Source of the DNA: Hyphococcus sp.
GTDB lineage: Bacteria; Pseudomonadota; Alphaproteobacteria; Caulobacterales; Parvularculaceae
Reading direction: 5' to 3'
Assembly: GCF_041986965.1 (NCBI RefSeq)
Contig: NZ_JBHIXB010000002.1
Location: 547,501 to 611,500, forward strand
Length of the DNA stretch: 64,000 nucleotides
Positions 18,293 through 28,350 of the stretch are shown here, one piece after another (the stretch's first letter is position 1; the number at the start of each line of letters is the position of its first letter). Below the pieces are notes generated by a model. The model made no database searches. It had not been told where the DNA came from and saw only the letters and a list, made by a program, of their open reading frames with translations. The position numbers were made by a program, and so were the translations under genes.

Positions 18293-19612
18293 TCAGGCAG
18301 CTTGCGCGGCCGATTTCCTGGGGTTCCCTAAAAGCACAAGCGCAAGCGCTGCGCAGATCGAGCCGGCGGCCATAATCACCGCTACGATTTCCAGGCCATA
18401 GCCGCTCTTGAAGAGGAAACCGGCGATGATCGGCCCCAGCGCCGCGCCGCCGCGGCCGACCCCAATGACAAAACCTGTGCCGCCTGCACGCACCTCTGTG
18501 GGGAAGGCGTGCGCGAAAATGGCGTAGAGGCCGACAATGGCTGCATTGGTGAAGAACCCCGCAACACAGGCGATCATGGACAGTTTCGCAAGATCCGCCG
18601 GCGCCTGGCCGAAAAGCGTCACCATCACGCCGCCGAATAGCATTGCGCCAATCACGAGACCCCTGATGCCGAACTTCATAGCGAGAAGGCCCAGAAGAAT
18701 AGCGCCGCTGGCGCCGCCGACATTCGCCCAGACAAGCACACTGCCGGCAAGCGACGGCTCGAAACCAAGGTCAACAACGATCTTCGGAATCCATTTCAGG
18801 TAGAAATAGAACGTCATGATATGCGCGAAATAAGCGAAGGTAAGGATCGCCGTGGTGCGGGCGAGATCCGGCCCAAAGAGGCGGCCGACGCCAATCTTCT
18901 TTGGCGCCTCTTTCACAGGCGGCAATTCCGCCACCGTCTCGTGGCCCATACGTTTCAGCGTTGAATTGATTTTCTCAAGCGCTCCCGGCACGCGCTTTTG
19001 CGCAAGAAACTCGATCGATTCCGGCAGGAAGTACCAGATGAGCGGAATGAAAACTGTTGTCATCACGGCGCCAAAGATAAACACCGAACGCCAGTCATAA
19101 TGGGCCAGCAACATGGAGGCGATTGTGCCCCCCACAATGGCGCCGATAGGATAGCCGGCAGCCATCGTCGTCACGGCAAGACTCTTGCGTTTTACGTTGG
19201 CGTATTCGGCGACCATCGCATTTGTGGCGGCGAGAACCCCGCCAATGCCAAGACCGGTGGCGAAACGGTAAGCGGAAAGAATTTCCACGCCGTTCGCTGT
19301 CGCGGCAAGCCCCATGCCCACGGCCATCACAATGAGACAGGAAAGAATTGTCGGACGACGCCCAATCACGTCTGCAATGCTGCCGATGACGACGGAGCCG
19401 ATCGCCATGCCAATAAGCTCCATTGAAAGAACGATGCCGAGCGCAGCGCGGTCGACCCCCCATTCATTGGCGATGCCCGGCGCGGCGAAACTGATGGAAA
19501 GAACATCAAAACCATCCAGCGCGTTGAGCAAAACGCACATGCCCACGGCGATTATCTGAAAGGTCCCCATGGGCGCTTGCGCGAGAATCTCGCGAGGGTC
19601 TTTTGAGCTCAT
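18293..19612 (-). CDS. Aromatic acid:H+ symporter (AAHS family MFS, PcaK/VanK-like)
   Basis: LDGFD in TM1, ADVIGRRP, RFATGLGIGG, EY, and FPTEVRAGG. Confidence 0.85.
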   Translation of the reverse strand: MSSKDPREILAQAPMGTFQIIAVGMCVLLNALDGFDVLSISFAAPGIANEWGVDRAALGIVLSMELIGMAIGSVVIGSIADVIGRRPTILSCLIVMAVGMGLAATANGVEILSAYRFATGLGIGGVLAATNAMVAEYANVKRKSLAVTTMAAGYPIGAIVGGTIASMLLAHYDWRSVFIFGAVMTTVFIPLIWYFLPESIEFLAQKRVPGALEKINSTLKRMGHETVAELPPVKEAPKKIGVGRLFGPDLARTTAILTFAYFAHIMTFYFYLKWIPKIVVDLGFEPSLAGSVLVWANVGGASGAILLGLLAMKFGIRGLVIGAMLFGGVMVTLFGQAPADLAKLSMIACVAGFFTNAAIVGLYAIFAHAFPTEVRAGGTGFVIGVGRGGAALGPIIAGFLFKSGYGLEIVAVIMAAGSICAALALVLLGNPRKSAAQAA

Positions 19613-19644
19613 TTCTGATTTTTCCCTGTCAGGCTTTTTTGTAG

Positions 19645-20121
19645 TTATATCTTGTTCAGCAAACGCAGCAATGTTTTGCGCTCGCTATCGGTCAGCCTCT
19701 CCAGAGCCCGGCGCTCATGGGCCATGATACGAGCCTTGCAGTTTTTTAGCGTCGCCTGGCCGTTTTTGGTCAAGTAAACGGAAACAGCCCGCCGGTCCGC
19801 CTCATCGGGAATACGTTCCAGAAGTCTTGCCGCTTCGAGCTCTGCCATCAATGGGGCCATATTCGCCCGGGCCACGCCTAGCGCCCGCCCGATTTCTCCT
19901 TGCCGGATGCCCGGATTCTCATCGGCGACAGATAAAATGGATATCTGAACGGGCCGCATGCCCGTGCCCACCATTGCGGCTGCGAAATCCGACATAAAGG
20001 CGTTTGAAATCTGTCTCAGACGATAGCCGGCGAGATTGTTCAAAAATTCTGTTCGAACATTCGGGGATTGATCATCGAGAAATTGCAGAACGGGCTTGTT
20101 CTCTAGACTCGTCACAGACAT
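19645..20121 (-). CDS. MarR family regulator (FerC/CouR-like by position)
   Basis: GYRLRQ, NPGIRQGEIGRALGVARANM and DRRA. Start is either ATG 20121 or TTG 20184. Confidence 0.85.
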   Translation of the reverse strand: MSVTSLENKPVLQFLDDQSPNVRTEFLNNLAGYRLRQISNAFMSDFAAAMVGTGMRPVQISILSVADENPGIRQGEIGRALGVARANMAPLMAELEAARLLERIPDEADRRAVSVYLTKNGQATLKNCKARIMAHERRALERLTDSERKTLLRLLNKI

Positions 20122-20180
20122 GACGCCATCCCCCGGCTCGCATACCAGCACCGAAAAATTAGCATTTTCAGCCAATTCCC

Positions 20181-20909
20181 TCAATCACGGCTTGTCCCAA
20201 CCGGCTCTGAAAACCATTCCGCAAGTGCAGCATTAACAGACTCCGGCGCTTCATAAGGGGCCATGTGACCAGCATCCTCAAAGATCACTAGCTTCCCGCG
20301 CCCGCCGAGCCGCGCTAGAATATCTTCGTGCTGATCAATGGGGCTCCATTCATCCTGCCTGCCGACGCCGATCAAAATCGGCGATTTGATCGCCGCGAGC
20401 GCTGGAGCTGTATCGGGCCGGGTCAGGAGGGCGTGGATCTGCGCTGCAAAATGCGCAGGCGTCAAACGCTCAACCATCTCGCGCAGCGGCTTCATGAAAG
20501 CCTTATCAGTGCGTAAATCCGGATGCACCATTGGCGGCAACCACGCATCGCATAGCGCGCCCATGCCGTCTTCTTCCGCAAGCTTTACAAGGCGCATGCG
20601 CTTGCCTTGCTCGTCCGGTTTCACGTCGTGCACGCCTGTGTCGAGCATGGCGATGCGCTCAACTTTCTCCGGCGCCATGCGCACGACTTCGAGCGCAACG
20701 CGCGCGCCCATGGAGTGACCAACAAGCGAGAACCGCTCCGGCGCCTTGCTCAAGGCGATCTTCGCCATCTCGGTGATGCTGTCCGCATCGCCGTAATCGG
20801 GAACGATGACGTCAGCAATTGGCGAGAAGCGATCAAGCTGCGCACGCCAAACCGTCTCGTCGCACAGAAGCCCGGGCAACAATAACAGCGCAGGCTTTGC
20901 AGCGCTCAT
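20181..20909 (-). CDS. Alpha/beta hydrolase
   Basis: LLPGLLCD, nucleophile elbow GHSMG, acid GRQD and GHM histidine. Confidence 0.85.
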   Translation of the reverse strand: MSAAKPALLLLPGLLCDETVWRAQLDRFSPIADVIVPDYGDADSITEMAKIALSKAPERFSLVGHSMGARVALEVVRMAPEKVERIAMLDTGVHDVKPDEQGKRMRLVKLAEEDGMGALCDAWLPPMVHPDLRTDKAFMKPLREMVERLTPAHFAAQIHALLTRPDTAPALAAIKSPILIGVGRQDEWSPIDQHEDILARLGGRGKLVIFEDAGHMAPYEAPESVNAALAEWFSEPVGTSRD

Positions 20910-20923
20910 CGCTTTACTCCCGG

Positions 20924-21763
20924 TTACTTCTTCTGTTTGCTGAGGTCATAAGAGCCAAGACCCGGCTTATAGGTCTTGTCATCAAGGAACTGGCGCATGC
21001 CTTCCTTGCGCGCTTCGCCATCGAAGAAGTTCAAGGCCTCCTGCGCGCGGATCAGATAGTCTTCCGCATTCTCATAGGTCATTTCGCCGACCCGGCGCAT
21101 GGCGTCTTTCGTCGCCTTGAGAGTCCACTGGTTTTTCTCAAGCAGTTTCTTGGCGACTTCGGTGACGCGGGCTTTCAGCTTGTCCGCCGGCAAGGCTTCG
21201 TTGACGAGGCCCGCCTCCGCCGCCTCTTTGCCGTCGAGATTTTCGCCCAGCATTGCGTGATACATAGCCTTACGGAACGGCATCAGTTCAAATGCAACTT
21301 TTGTGGCGCCGCCGCCTGGCAGGATCCCCCAATTGACTTCAGACAAACCGAACTGCGCATCTTCCGCGGCATAAGCAAGGTCACAAGCGTAAAGCGGACC
21401 GTAGCCGCCGCCGAAACACCAGCCATTGACCATGGCGATGGTCGGTTTTTGATACCAGCGAAGGCGCTTCCACCAGGCATAGGCTTCGCGCTGCGCCTCT
21501 CTTGTTCCCCGGAGACCGAGCGCCTCGGTTTCACGGAAATATTCCTTGAGGTCCATCCCGGCCGACCATGCCGTCCCCTCACCTGTCAGGATGAGGACAC
21601 CCACATTGTCATCGAACTCCAGCTCTTCAAGAACGCGCAACATCTGCCGGTTGAGCTTGGGGCTCATGCAGTTGCGCTTTTCCGGGCGGTTGAATTTCAC
21701 CCACGCGATACGGTCCACAATCTCGTAGGAAACGGTGTCTTCTTCTTTGCGTTCTTCCGCCAT
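20924..21763 (-). CDS. ferB: Hydroxycinnamoyl-CoA hydratase/lyase (HCHL)
   Basis: NRPEKRNCMSP, WSAGMDLKEYFRE, GWCFGGG, GLSEVNWGILPGGG and QFLDDKTYKPGL. Confidence 0.92.
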   Translation of the reverse strand: MAEERKEEDTVSYEIVDRIAWVKFNRPEKRNCMSPKLNRQMLRVLEELEFDDNVGVLILTGEGTAWSAGMDLKEYFRETEALGLRGTREAQREAYAWWKRLRWYQKPTIAMVNGWCFGGGYGPLYACDLAYAAEDAQFGLSEVNWGILPGGGATKVAFELMPFRKAMYHAMLGENLDGKEAAEAGLVNEALPADKLKARVTEVAKKLLEKNQWTLKATKDAMRRVGEMTYENAEDYLIRAQEALNFFDGEARKEGMRQFLDDKTYKPGLGSYDLSKQKK

Positions 21764-21850
21764 GTCAGATCCCCAAATTCTTCGGACCCGGCTCCCGGGC
21801 GCCGTTTTAAGGCCAAAATTGAAGCGCAGGCGGTTTTTCCGCCGGACGCT

Positions 21851-21873
21851 GATAGTTATGTGGCATTACTATC
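21851..21873. promoter_or_regulatory. MarR-type operator upstream of ferB
   Basis: GATAGTTATG-TGG-CATTACTATC is a 23-bp inverted repeat with one mismatch. The GTTAT...ATxAC core resembles recalled CouR-type sites. Confidence 0.6.
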
Positions 21874-22003
21874 TCTGGTTATCACCGTAGCAAACCCCCT
21901 TTCGCGCGCTACCGGCGCGAAAATTTGCGCTTTTTTGCGAACTCGAAAGAAAAAAGGCGCGCCATTTCAGGCGCGCCTCCGGATTGTCGATGATCGGGCC
22001 CGA

Positions 22004-23515
22004 TCAGAGCGCGATGATGACCGATTTCGTTTCCATATAGGCTTCAACGCCTGTGCTCGATTGTTCGCGCCCAATACCCGATTGCTTGTAGCCGCCAAAG
22101 GGCAGTGCCGGGTCAATCATGGAATGGCAATTGCCCCAGACCGAACCTGACTTAATCTTGGCCGCGAGCTGGTGCATCTTCGAAAGATCCTTTGTCCAGA
22201 TGCTGGCGCCAAGACCATAAAGCGTGTCGTTCGCAGCCTTCGCCACTTCGTCAAGATCGTCATAGCGCTGAGCGACGAGAACCGGGCCGAAGATCTCTTC
22301 GCGAACCACCTGCATATTCGGATTAACGTCAACCAGAATGGTTGGATTGACGAAATACCCGAGATCGGACGGCGAGTCGCCGCCCTTGACGACAGAGGCG
22401 CCTTCTTTTTTGCCGGACTCAATGAAGCCCATCACACGTTTTTGCTGCTCGTCGGAAACAAGCGGGCCCATGCGATATTCCGGGCAAAGCGATGGGCCGG
22501 GCGCCCAGTCATCGGCGTGCTTCGCAACACCCTCGACCACTTTGTCGAAAACGGACTTATGCGCGAAAAGACGGGACCCTGCGACACAGATCTGTCCGGC
22601 GTTAAAGAAAATCGCGCCGGCGGCGCCGGCGGAAACCTCTTCCACATCCACATCAGGCAACACCACTACAGGCGACTTGCCGCCAAGTTCGAGCGTGACG
22701 CGCTTCAAGGAGTCAGTTGCAGCGCGGTTGATAATCTTGCCCACTTCGGTGGAGCCAGTGAACGCAACCTTATCCACATCCGGATGCGTCGTCAGACGCG
22801 AACCGGCGGTTTCGCCAAGACCGGTGACGACATTGATGACGCCCGGCGGGAACCCCGCCATGGCCACAAAATCAGCAAGGCGCAGCGCCGTCAGCGAGGT
22901 CTGCTCCGCCGGCTTCAGGACAATGGTGCAGCCCGCCGCAAGCGCCGGAGCGATCTTGCCGGTCGCCATGATGAGCGGAAAGTTCCATGGCACGATCTGC
23001 GCCGCAACGCCGATCGGCTCCTTGCGCACATAGGCATGGAAGGCGCCCGAAGGAGCGGCCATGGGATCGATGTGGGAGCCGCTGACTTTTGTCGCCCAGC
23101 CCGCCATATAATGAAGCATGCCTGCCGACGCCGGAATATCCATCCCAGCTGCGACGCCCGCATTCTTGCCGTTGTCGATGGCTTCAAGCTCGGCCAGCTC
23201 CTCGGCGTGTTCGGTAATAAGATCAGCAAGCTTGTGGATCATCTGCTCGCGCGCAATGGGTGGTAACCCGGTCCAACGACCGTCATCAAAGGCCTGGCGT
23301 GCGGCGGCGACGGCGCGGTCGATCTCTTCATTGGTCGCATCGGCGAGCTGGCTGACGACCTTGCAGGTGGAAGGGTCGATCACGTCAATGGTCTTGCCGG
23401 ATTTCGACTCGATCCATTCATTGTTGATGAAATGCGCCGGCGGCCGCGCCAGGGCCTTTTTCGCGGCGTTTGAATATTCAGGCTGAACCATCGAGTTTTT
23501 TGGCATGACGTTCAT
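22004..23515 (-). CDS. Aromatic aldehyde dehydrogenase (phenylacetaldehyde/vanillin dehydrogenase-like)
   Basis: IVPWNFP, KPAEQT, FTGSTEVG, LELGGKSP, GQICVAGSR and EEIFGP. Confidence 0.9.
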   Translation of the reverse strand: MNVMPKNSMVQPEYSNAAKKALARPPAHFINNEWIESKSGKTIDVIDPSTCKVVSQLADATNEEIDRAVAAARQAFDDGRWTGLPPIAREQMIHKLADLITEHAEELAELEAIDNGKNAGVAAGMDIPASAGMLHYMAGWATKVSGSHIDPMAAPSGAFHAYVRKEPIGVAAQIVPWNFPLIMATGKIAPALAAGCTIVLKPAEQTSLTALRLADFVAMAGFPPGVINVVTGLGETAGSRLTTHPDVDKVAFTGSTEVGKIINRAATDSLKRVTLELGGKSPVVVLPDVDVEEVSAGAAGAIFFNAGQICVAGSRLFAHKSVFDKVVEGVAKHADDWAPGPSLCPEYRMGPLVSDEQQKRVMGFIESGKKEGASVVKGGDSPSDLGYFVNPTILVDVNPNMQVVREEIFGPVLVAQRYDDLDEVAKAANDTLYGLGASIWTKDLSKMHQLAAKIKSGSVWGNCHSMIDPALPFGGYKQSGIGREQSSTGVEAYMETKSVIIAL

Positions 23516-23981
23516 GGGAGCGGCTCTTTCCTTTTGCTCAATTTCCACACAGGCTCAGACCCAAAAGGGGCCGGCAGTCAGCATGTAGCGCCTGCAGGAC
23601 AGAATTTCAGCGACAAAATCACCGGCTTAATATCACAAGCGCAAGTACGTATGAAAGGCGCAGGGGCCGATTGCCTTTCTGGAGCGAAATCGGCGCCCTT
23701 ACGGTGGAACGGGCCTGCCCCTTGCGCCGCTCGAAATTTGTGCAACGCAAAAAGGCCGGCCGTAAAATTTTAGCCATTTCTGCCGCGTTCAAGCAATAAA
23801 GCTTATTTTCAATTGCAAAATTAGGTCCTCGCAGTTCGGTTTCAGAGCCTGGCGGGGCATGATTCTCAAAACAGGTAAGAATGGCTCCGGCTCCTGCGCC
23901 GGTGACACGGAGCGATGAAACCAAAACAAAGATCGTGTATAATAGCACGGGCACCGATACGCTTTGCGCGCTGACGACGGA

Positions 23982-24932
23982 ATGGACCACTCAACAATGG
24001 CGCATCAAATCGAACATTTCGCAACGAACGAAGTCATCCAGCAAGAACGGCTGGAGTTCTGGAACAGGATTGCAAGCGAGACATTCTGCGGACTTAGCAT
24101 CGATTCCGAAAGAGAGATTTTCGACGCCGAAATGTGGCGCTGGTCCATGGGCGACATTACGATGATCCGCCCAAGATCGCCGAACGCCGTCGTGCAGCGA
24201 AATGCACGCATCGCGCGCGCCGGCGGCGACCGCGTGATGCTTCATTTTCAGCATGCTGGCAGTTGCCTCCACACCCAGGCCAACAAAATTTACCATCTGC
24301 GCGCCGGCGACGCGATCCTCACTGACAGCAACGAGGATTATCGCGTCGATCTGTCCAGCGACAATGTCATGCTTGTGGTTGAGATGCCGCGCGACGCCAT
24401 ATCCGAACGCATGCAGGGTCTCAATGACGCATTGTCACACAAGATCGCCGGCGAAACGCCGTCGAGCCGCCTGCTCCACGATTTTGTCCTGTCGCTATGG
24501 CGCCAGGGCGACCAGAGTCATGCAGATCCGGAGCGTGCCAAAGGCGTCGCCGACATTTTCTACAATCTTCTGGCGATGGCGCTCACCGACAAGAATGTCA
24601 GCGTTCAAAATGACTCGCTTTTAATCAATCGCCTCACTGCACTCGTCAACGCCCGCATTTGCGACCCTGACTTTCGGCCATCCGATCTGGCGGACGAACT
24701 CGGCGTATCCATTCGCACCGTACAGAACGCATTTGCTGCAATCGGTGAAACGCCGTCAGCCTACATCCTGAACAAAAGGCTGGCCCATGCAGCAGATCGC
24801 CTTATCGCAGCGCCGCAGCTGAGCGTCACCAGCATCGCATATGAATCCGGATTCAATGATTGCAGCTATTTCACCCGCTGCTTCAAACACAAATACGGTG
24901 CGGCGCCGACAGCCTACCGCGCCGCACACTAA
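23982..24932 (+). CDS. AraC family regulator (FeaR-like)
   Basis: N-terminal ERLEFW...F, C-terminal double HTH (LADELGVSIRTVQNAF; IAYESGFNDCSYFTRCFK). Divergent from the ALDH. Start at 23982 or 23997. Confidence 0.9.
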   Translation: MDHSTMAHQIEHFATNEVIQQERLEFWNRIASETFCGLSIDSEREIFDAEMWRWSMGDITMIRPRSPNAVVQRNARIARAGGDRVMLHFQHAGSCLHTQANKIYHLRAGDAILTDSNEDYRVDLSSDNVMLVVEMPRDAISERMQGLNDALSHKIAGETPSSRLLHDFVLSLWRQGDQSHADPERAKGVADIFYNLLAMALTDKNVSVQNDSLLINRLTALVNARICDPDFRPSDLADELGVSIRTVQNAFAAIGETPSAYILNKRLAHAADRLIAAPQLSVTSIAYESGFNDCSYFTRCFKHKYGAAPTAYRAAH

Positions 24933-24954
24933 GATTGTCTCCGCCTCTGCGCCT

Positions 24955-24998
24955 ATTATTATGGGGCAAGACCAAAATTATTATGGGGCAAGACCAAA
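24955..24998 (+). repeat. Perfect 2 x 22-bp tandem direct repeat ATTATTATGGGGCAAGACCAAA
   Basis: Read directly: copies at 24955-24976 and 24977-24998. Confidence 0.9.
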
Positions 24999-25375
24999 AC
25001 ATTTTTGGGGATTGCGCAAATCTCCACCCTGCTTTCGTAATTGTCCAAGACGCCGCACGCAAATAGAGCGACGCTCTCATCAAACAAGAAACTCAAATCC
25101 GCTGACAATTATAACAAGGCGGAAATGGGAGGGAGTGTCCGACGGCCGCACGATTGATGCGCCGGCGGTAGGACGTTGCGTGCCTTTACGAACCCAGTGC
25201 ATTCGAGAAAACGCCGCGTCAACATCTCCTGATAATACGCATCGGCGCCTATTCGCGCACCATCTCTGACGGTGATGCGAACTGCGCCAAACGGTGATTG
25301 CCGGTGCGTAGAGACCAAGCGAAATCCCCGCCAGCAGGCGGGAATTAGGCAACGCATGCCGGGAGGTAAATCAAG

Positions 25376-27865
25376 ATGAACTACAAATTATCTGTGAGTA
25401 TCGGAGCTATGGCGATCGCCCTGACGGGAATCGCGCAGGCTCAGGTCGACACCATTACGGTGACGGCGCAAAAGCGCGAAGAAAACGTTCAGGACGTTCC
25501 TATCGCCGTTTCGGCCTTTGACGGCCAGTCGCTTCAGGAGCGCGCGGTGACGAGCGTCGCCGGCTTGTCGAATATTACGCCGAACGTTTCGCTCGACGCC
25601 GGCACGCCCTTTTCTGGAGATACAGCGGTCATCTCCGCTTACATCCGCGGCATCGGCGCCAATGACTTCGCCTTCAATATCGACCCGGGCGTCGGCGTTT
25701 ATCTCGACGGCGTCTATCTCGCCCGCTCCATCGGCGCAAACCAGGACCTTCTCGATGTTGAACGCATTGAAGTCTTGAAAGGCCCGCAAGGAACGCTTTT
25801 TGGCCGGAACACGATCGGCGGCGCGATCTCTATCGTCACGCATACGCCGGGCGATGAATTTTCGTTTTCCGGAGATGTCACCACAGGCAGTTTCGAACTG
25901 CTTCAAGTTCGCGGCACTGTCGATGTTCCGCTGACCGACTCGCTGAAATCTTCGGTCAGCTTCTCGCTCAAGGATCGCCGCGGCTACATGAAGCGCATGC
26001 CATATCCGGGCTTCGAAAATTACAATGTCGAGCCCATCCAGACGATGCGCGCCGCGATATACGGCAATGAAGGCGATTATGAAGGCGGCACCGACGCCAA
26101 GAACGCCCGCATCAAACTGCTTTACGATAATGGCGGGCCTTTCAGGGCAACACTTTCTGGCGACTACGCCTATTCCAAGCAAAGCCAGCTCGCGAACAAG
26201 GTGATCGCAACGAATGGCGCCGTCTTCGCCGGCACCTATAATTGCGCCATCGAAGGCGTCCAGCCGCCGGCGGGCGACATGTCCTGCGGCGGCGGCCCAC
26301 CGCCGATCGCTTATGCAGGCGGCATTGGCGGTCTTAATTGGGTGGCCGACAATCCTCCGATCTTCGGGGTCAATGTGGACGCCGATCCCTATAATGACCG
26401 GTTGCCATATGATGACAGGTTCGTGACGGACGATATCGACACCACCTACGCCAACGGCAACAATGTTGCACGGCTTGAAAACTACGGCGTTCACCTGACG
26501 CTCGACTTCGATATTACTGAAAGCGCCGTCCTGAAGTTCATTTCCGCCTATCGTCATCTCGATTGGGATGTCGGCATGGACATCGACGGATCGCCGCTGA
26601 ATTTCCTTCACACCAGCTTCACGACTGACCAGTGGCAGTTCAGCCAGGAAGTTCAGTTGACGGGCTCGGCGCTTGACGATCGCATCAACTATGTCATCGG
26701 CGGCTATTACTTTGTCGAAGAAGGCGATCTGCATGACTACGTCACCTTCGCCGAAGGCCTCTTGCAGGTCGACGGGCCGAACTATCTGAAGACGAAGAAC
26801 TATGCAGGCTTCGGGCAGATCGACTTTGATGTGACGGAGTGGCTGACGATTTCGGCCGGCGGCCGCTACACCCACGAAAAGAAACAGTTTGAGGGCGCGC
26901 AGTCTGACCGCAACGGCCTCAACTATAAAATCGCCCAGCAATTCGGCGATCCGGATTGCATGACGCTCGTCCCAACCATCTCCGAGGCTTGCCGTATTGC
27001 GCAAGGCTTCCCGGTTCCGGGCGAGCCGCTGCGTTACTATATCGCCGGCATTCAGGAGAAGAGCTTCAACAACTTCTCGCCGAAAGTCAGCCTTCAGGTG
27101 AAACCGGCCGACGGCATCATGGTCTATGGCAGCTACTCCGAAGGCTATCGCACCGGCGGCTGGACAACGCGTCTGTCGAACCCGCTGCCCACGGCGCCGG
27201 ATTTCGACGAGGAAGAAGCGACAAGTTGGGAGGTCGGCTACAAGTCGACGCTCTTTGACAATCGCGTCCTGTTCAATGTGGCCGCCTTCACGACCAAATA
27301 TGAAGGCATCCAGCTGAACTTCCAGCAAGGCGTTTCGCCGACCGTGCAGAACGCCGGCGACGCGCGCATCAAGGGGCTTGAAGTCGAAACCGTCTTCGCG
27401 CCCGGCAACGGCTTGTCGGTCAACGCCTCGGTCGGTCTGATCGATGCGGAATATATCGACGTTCTCGGCCCCGCGCAGGTGCCCGCCAACCCGCTTCAGG
27501 GCGGCATCTTCCCGGGCGCAGACCTGCCGAAAACGCCGGACTTCAAGTTCAATGTCAGCCCGCGTTTCGAGTTCGATCCCGGCAATGGCGCCACGATCGT
27601 GCTGCTCGCGGATTACACACACACGTCGTCCATGTGGAACGACACCGAACGGACCTTCCTGCTTGAGCGTCCGTCTACGGATATTCTCAACCTCAGCGCC
27701 TCTTACGAGGAGCCGAACGGCCGCTGGAACATCACGGTCGGCGGCACAAATATTACCGACGAACGCTACCTGACTACCGGTCAGGCGCAAATCGCCGGCG
27801 GCCAGATCTACGGCACCTACAGCCGTCCGGCCGAATGGTATGCGCGTTTGGGCGTTAATTTCTAA
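25376..27865 (+). CDS. TonB-dependent outer-membrane receptor
   Basis: Signal peptide, TonB box DTITVTAQKREE, plug IEVLKGPQGTLFGRNTIGGAI and C-terminal ...GVNF. RBS GGGAGG. Confidence 0.95.
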   Translation: MNYKLSVSIGAMAIALTGIAQAQVDTITVTAQKREENVQDVPIAVSAFDGQSLQERAVTSVAGLSNITPNVSLDAGTPFSGDTAVISAYIRGIGANDFAFNIDPGVGVYLDGVYLARSIGANQDLLDVERIEVLKGPQGTLFGRNTIGGAISIVTHTPGDEFSFSGDVTTGSFELLQVRGTVDVPLTDSLKSSVSFSLKDRRGYMKRMPYPGFENYNVEPIQTMRAAIYGNEGDYEGGTDAKNARIKLLYDNGGPFRATLSGDYAYSKQSQLANKVIATNGAVFAGTYNCAIEGVQPPAGDMSCGGGPPPIAYAGGIGGLNWVADNPPIFGVNVDADPYNDRLPYDDRFVTDDIDTTYANGNNVARLENYGVHLTLDFDITESAVLKFISAYRHLDWDVGMDIDGSPLNFLHTSFTTDQWQFSQEVQLTGSALDDRINYVIGGYYFVEEGDLHDYVTFAEGLLQVDGPNYLKTKNYAGFGQIDFDVTEWLTISAGGRYTHEKKQFEGAQSDRNGLNYKIAQQFGDPDCMTLVPTISEACRIAQGFPVPGEPLRYYIAGIQEKSFNNFSPKVSLQVKPADGIMVYGSYSEGYRTGGWTTRLSNPLPTAPDFDEEEATSWEVGYKSTLFDNRVLFNVAAFTTKYEGIQLNFQQGVSPTVQNAGDARIKGLEVETVFAPGNGLSVNASVGLIDAEYIDVLGPAQVPANPLQGGIFPGADLPKTPDFKFNVSPRFEFDPGNGATIVLLADYTHTSSMWNDTERTFLLERPSTDILNLSASYEEPNGRWNITVGGTNITDERYLTTGQAQIAGGQIYGTYSRPAEWYARLGVNF

Positions 27866-27883
27866 ACTTCCCATGACGCCCCT

Positions 27884-27915
27884 GGCGGGACCTTCGGGTC
27901 CCGCCTCTTTTTTTT
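27884..27915 (+). terminator. Rho-independent terminator after the receptor gene, inside the apparent operon
   Basis: GGCGGGACC-TTCG-GGTCCCGCC followed by a T tract. Confidence 0.85.
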
Positions 27916-27942
27916 GCTTTGTCAAACAGTGAGGTCCAACAG

Positions 27943-28341
27943 GTGATCAAACGGCGCGACACAATCAAGACCCTGTCTCTGGCGCCCTTCGCGGCCGCCT
28001 TTCCCGCTACCGTGCTGGCTGAAGAATTTCCGGCCGCGCCGCCAGCGCTTTTTATCTATGACAAGCGCCTTCCGGCGGCCCGCGATCTGGCGCTTATGGC
28101 CATGAAAGCCGGCCATGCGCCGCACCCTGCTGACTTTGACGAGACCGGTTTCTGGCGCAGCGGCGAAAAGCCCGATTTGCGCGCCTACAGCACGGTCTTC
28201 GGCGCCACCACTCGCCGCGCCTATTTTGTATTCGAACAATTGTCCCGGCTCCACCGGAGCCGTAGACTGAGCGACGCCGCTATCCTTCATGACGATCGCG
28301 CCTTCAGTTTCTGGACCCTTCGCTTCCAACCCGTGCATTAG
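27943..28341 (+). CDS. Small hypothetical protein with Tat-like signal
   Basis: GTG after GAGG. KRRDTIKTLSLAPFAAAFPATVLA resembles a twin-arginine leader with an AxA-like cleavage site. Confidence 0.55.
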   Translation: MIKRRDTIKTLSLAPFAAAFPATVLAEEFPAAPPALFIYDKRLPAARDLALMAMKAGHAPHPADFDETGFWRSGEKPDLRAYSTVFGATTRRAYFVFEQLSRLHRSRRLSDAAILHDDRAFSFWTLRFQPVH

Positions 28342-28350
28342 GAGAAGACT

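Noticed and set aside
20819-23266. Plus-strand ORFs of 443 and 364 aa over ferB and the ALDH
   Set aside because: Shadow frames of clearly recognisable minus-strand genes.
23700-23720. Sigma-54 promoter TGGAACGGGCCTGC in the ALDH-araC spacer
   Set aside because: GG-to-GC spacing is 9 nt, not the required 10.
24955-24998. Possible CRISPR repeat
   Set aside because: Only two abutting copies, no spacers and no cas genes.
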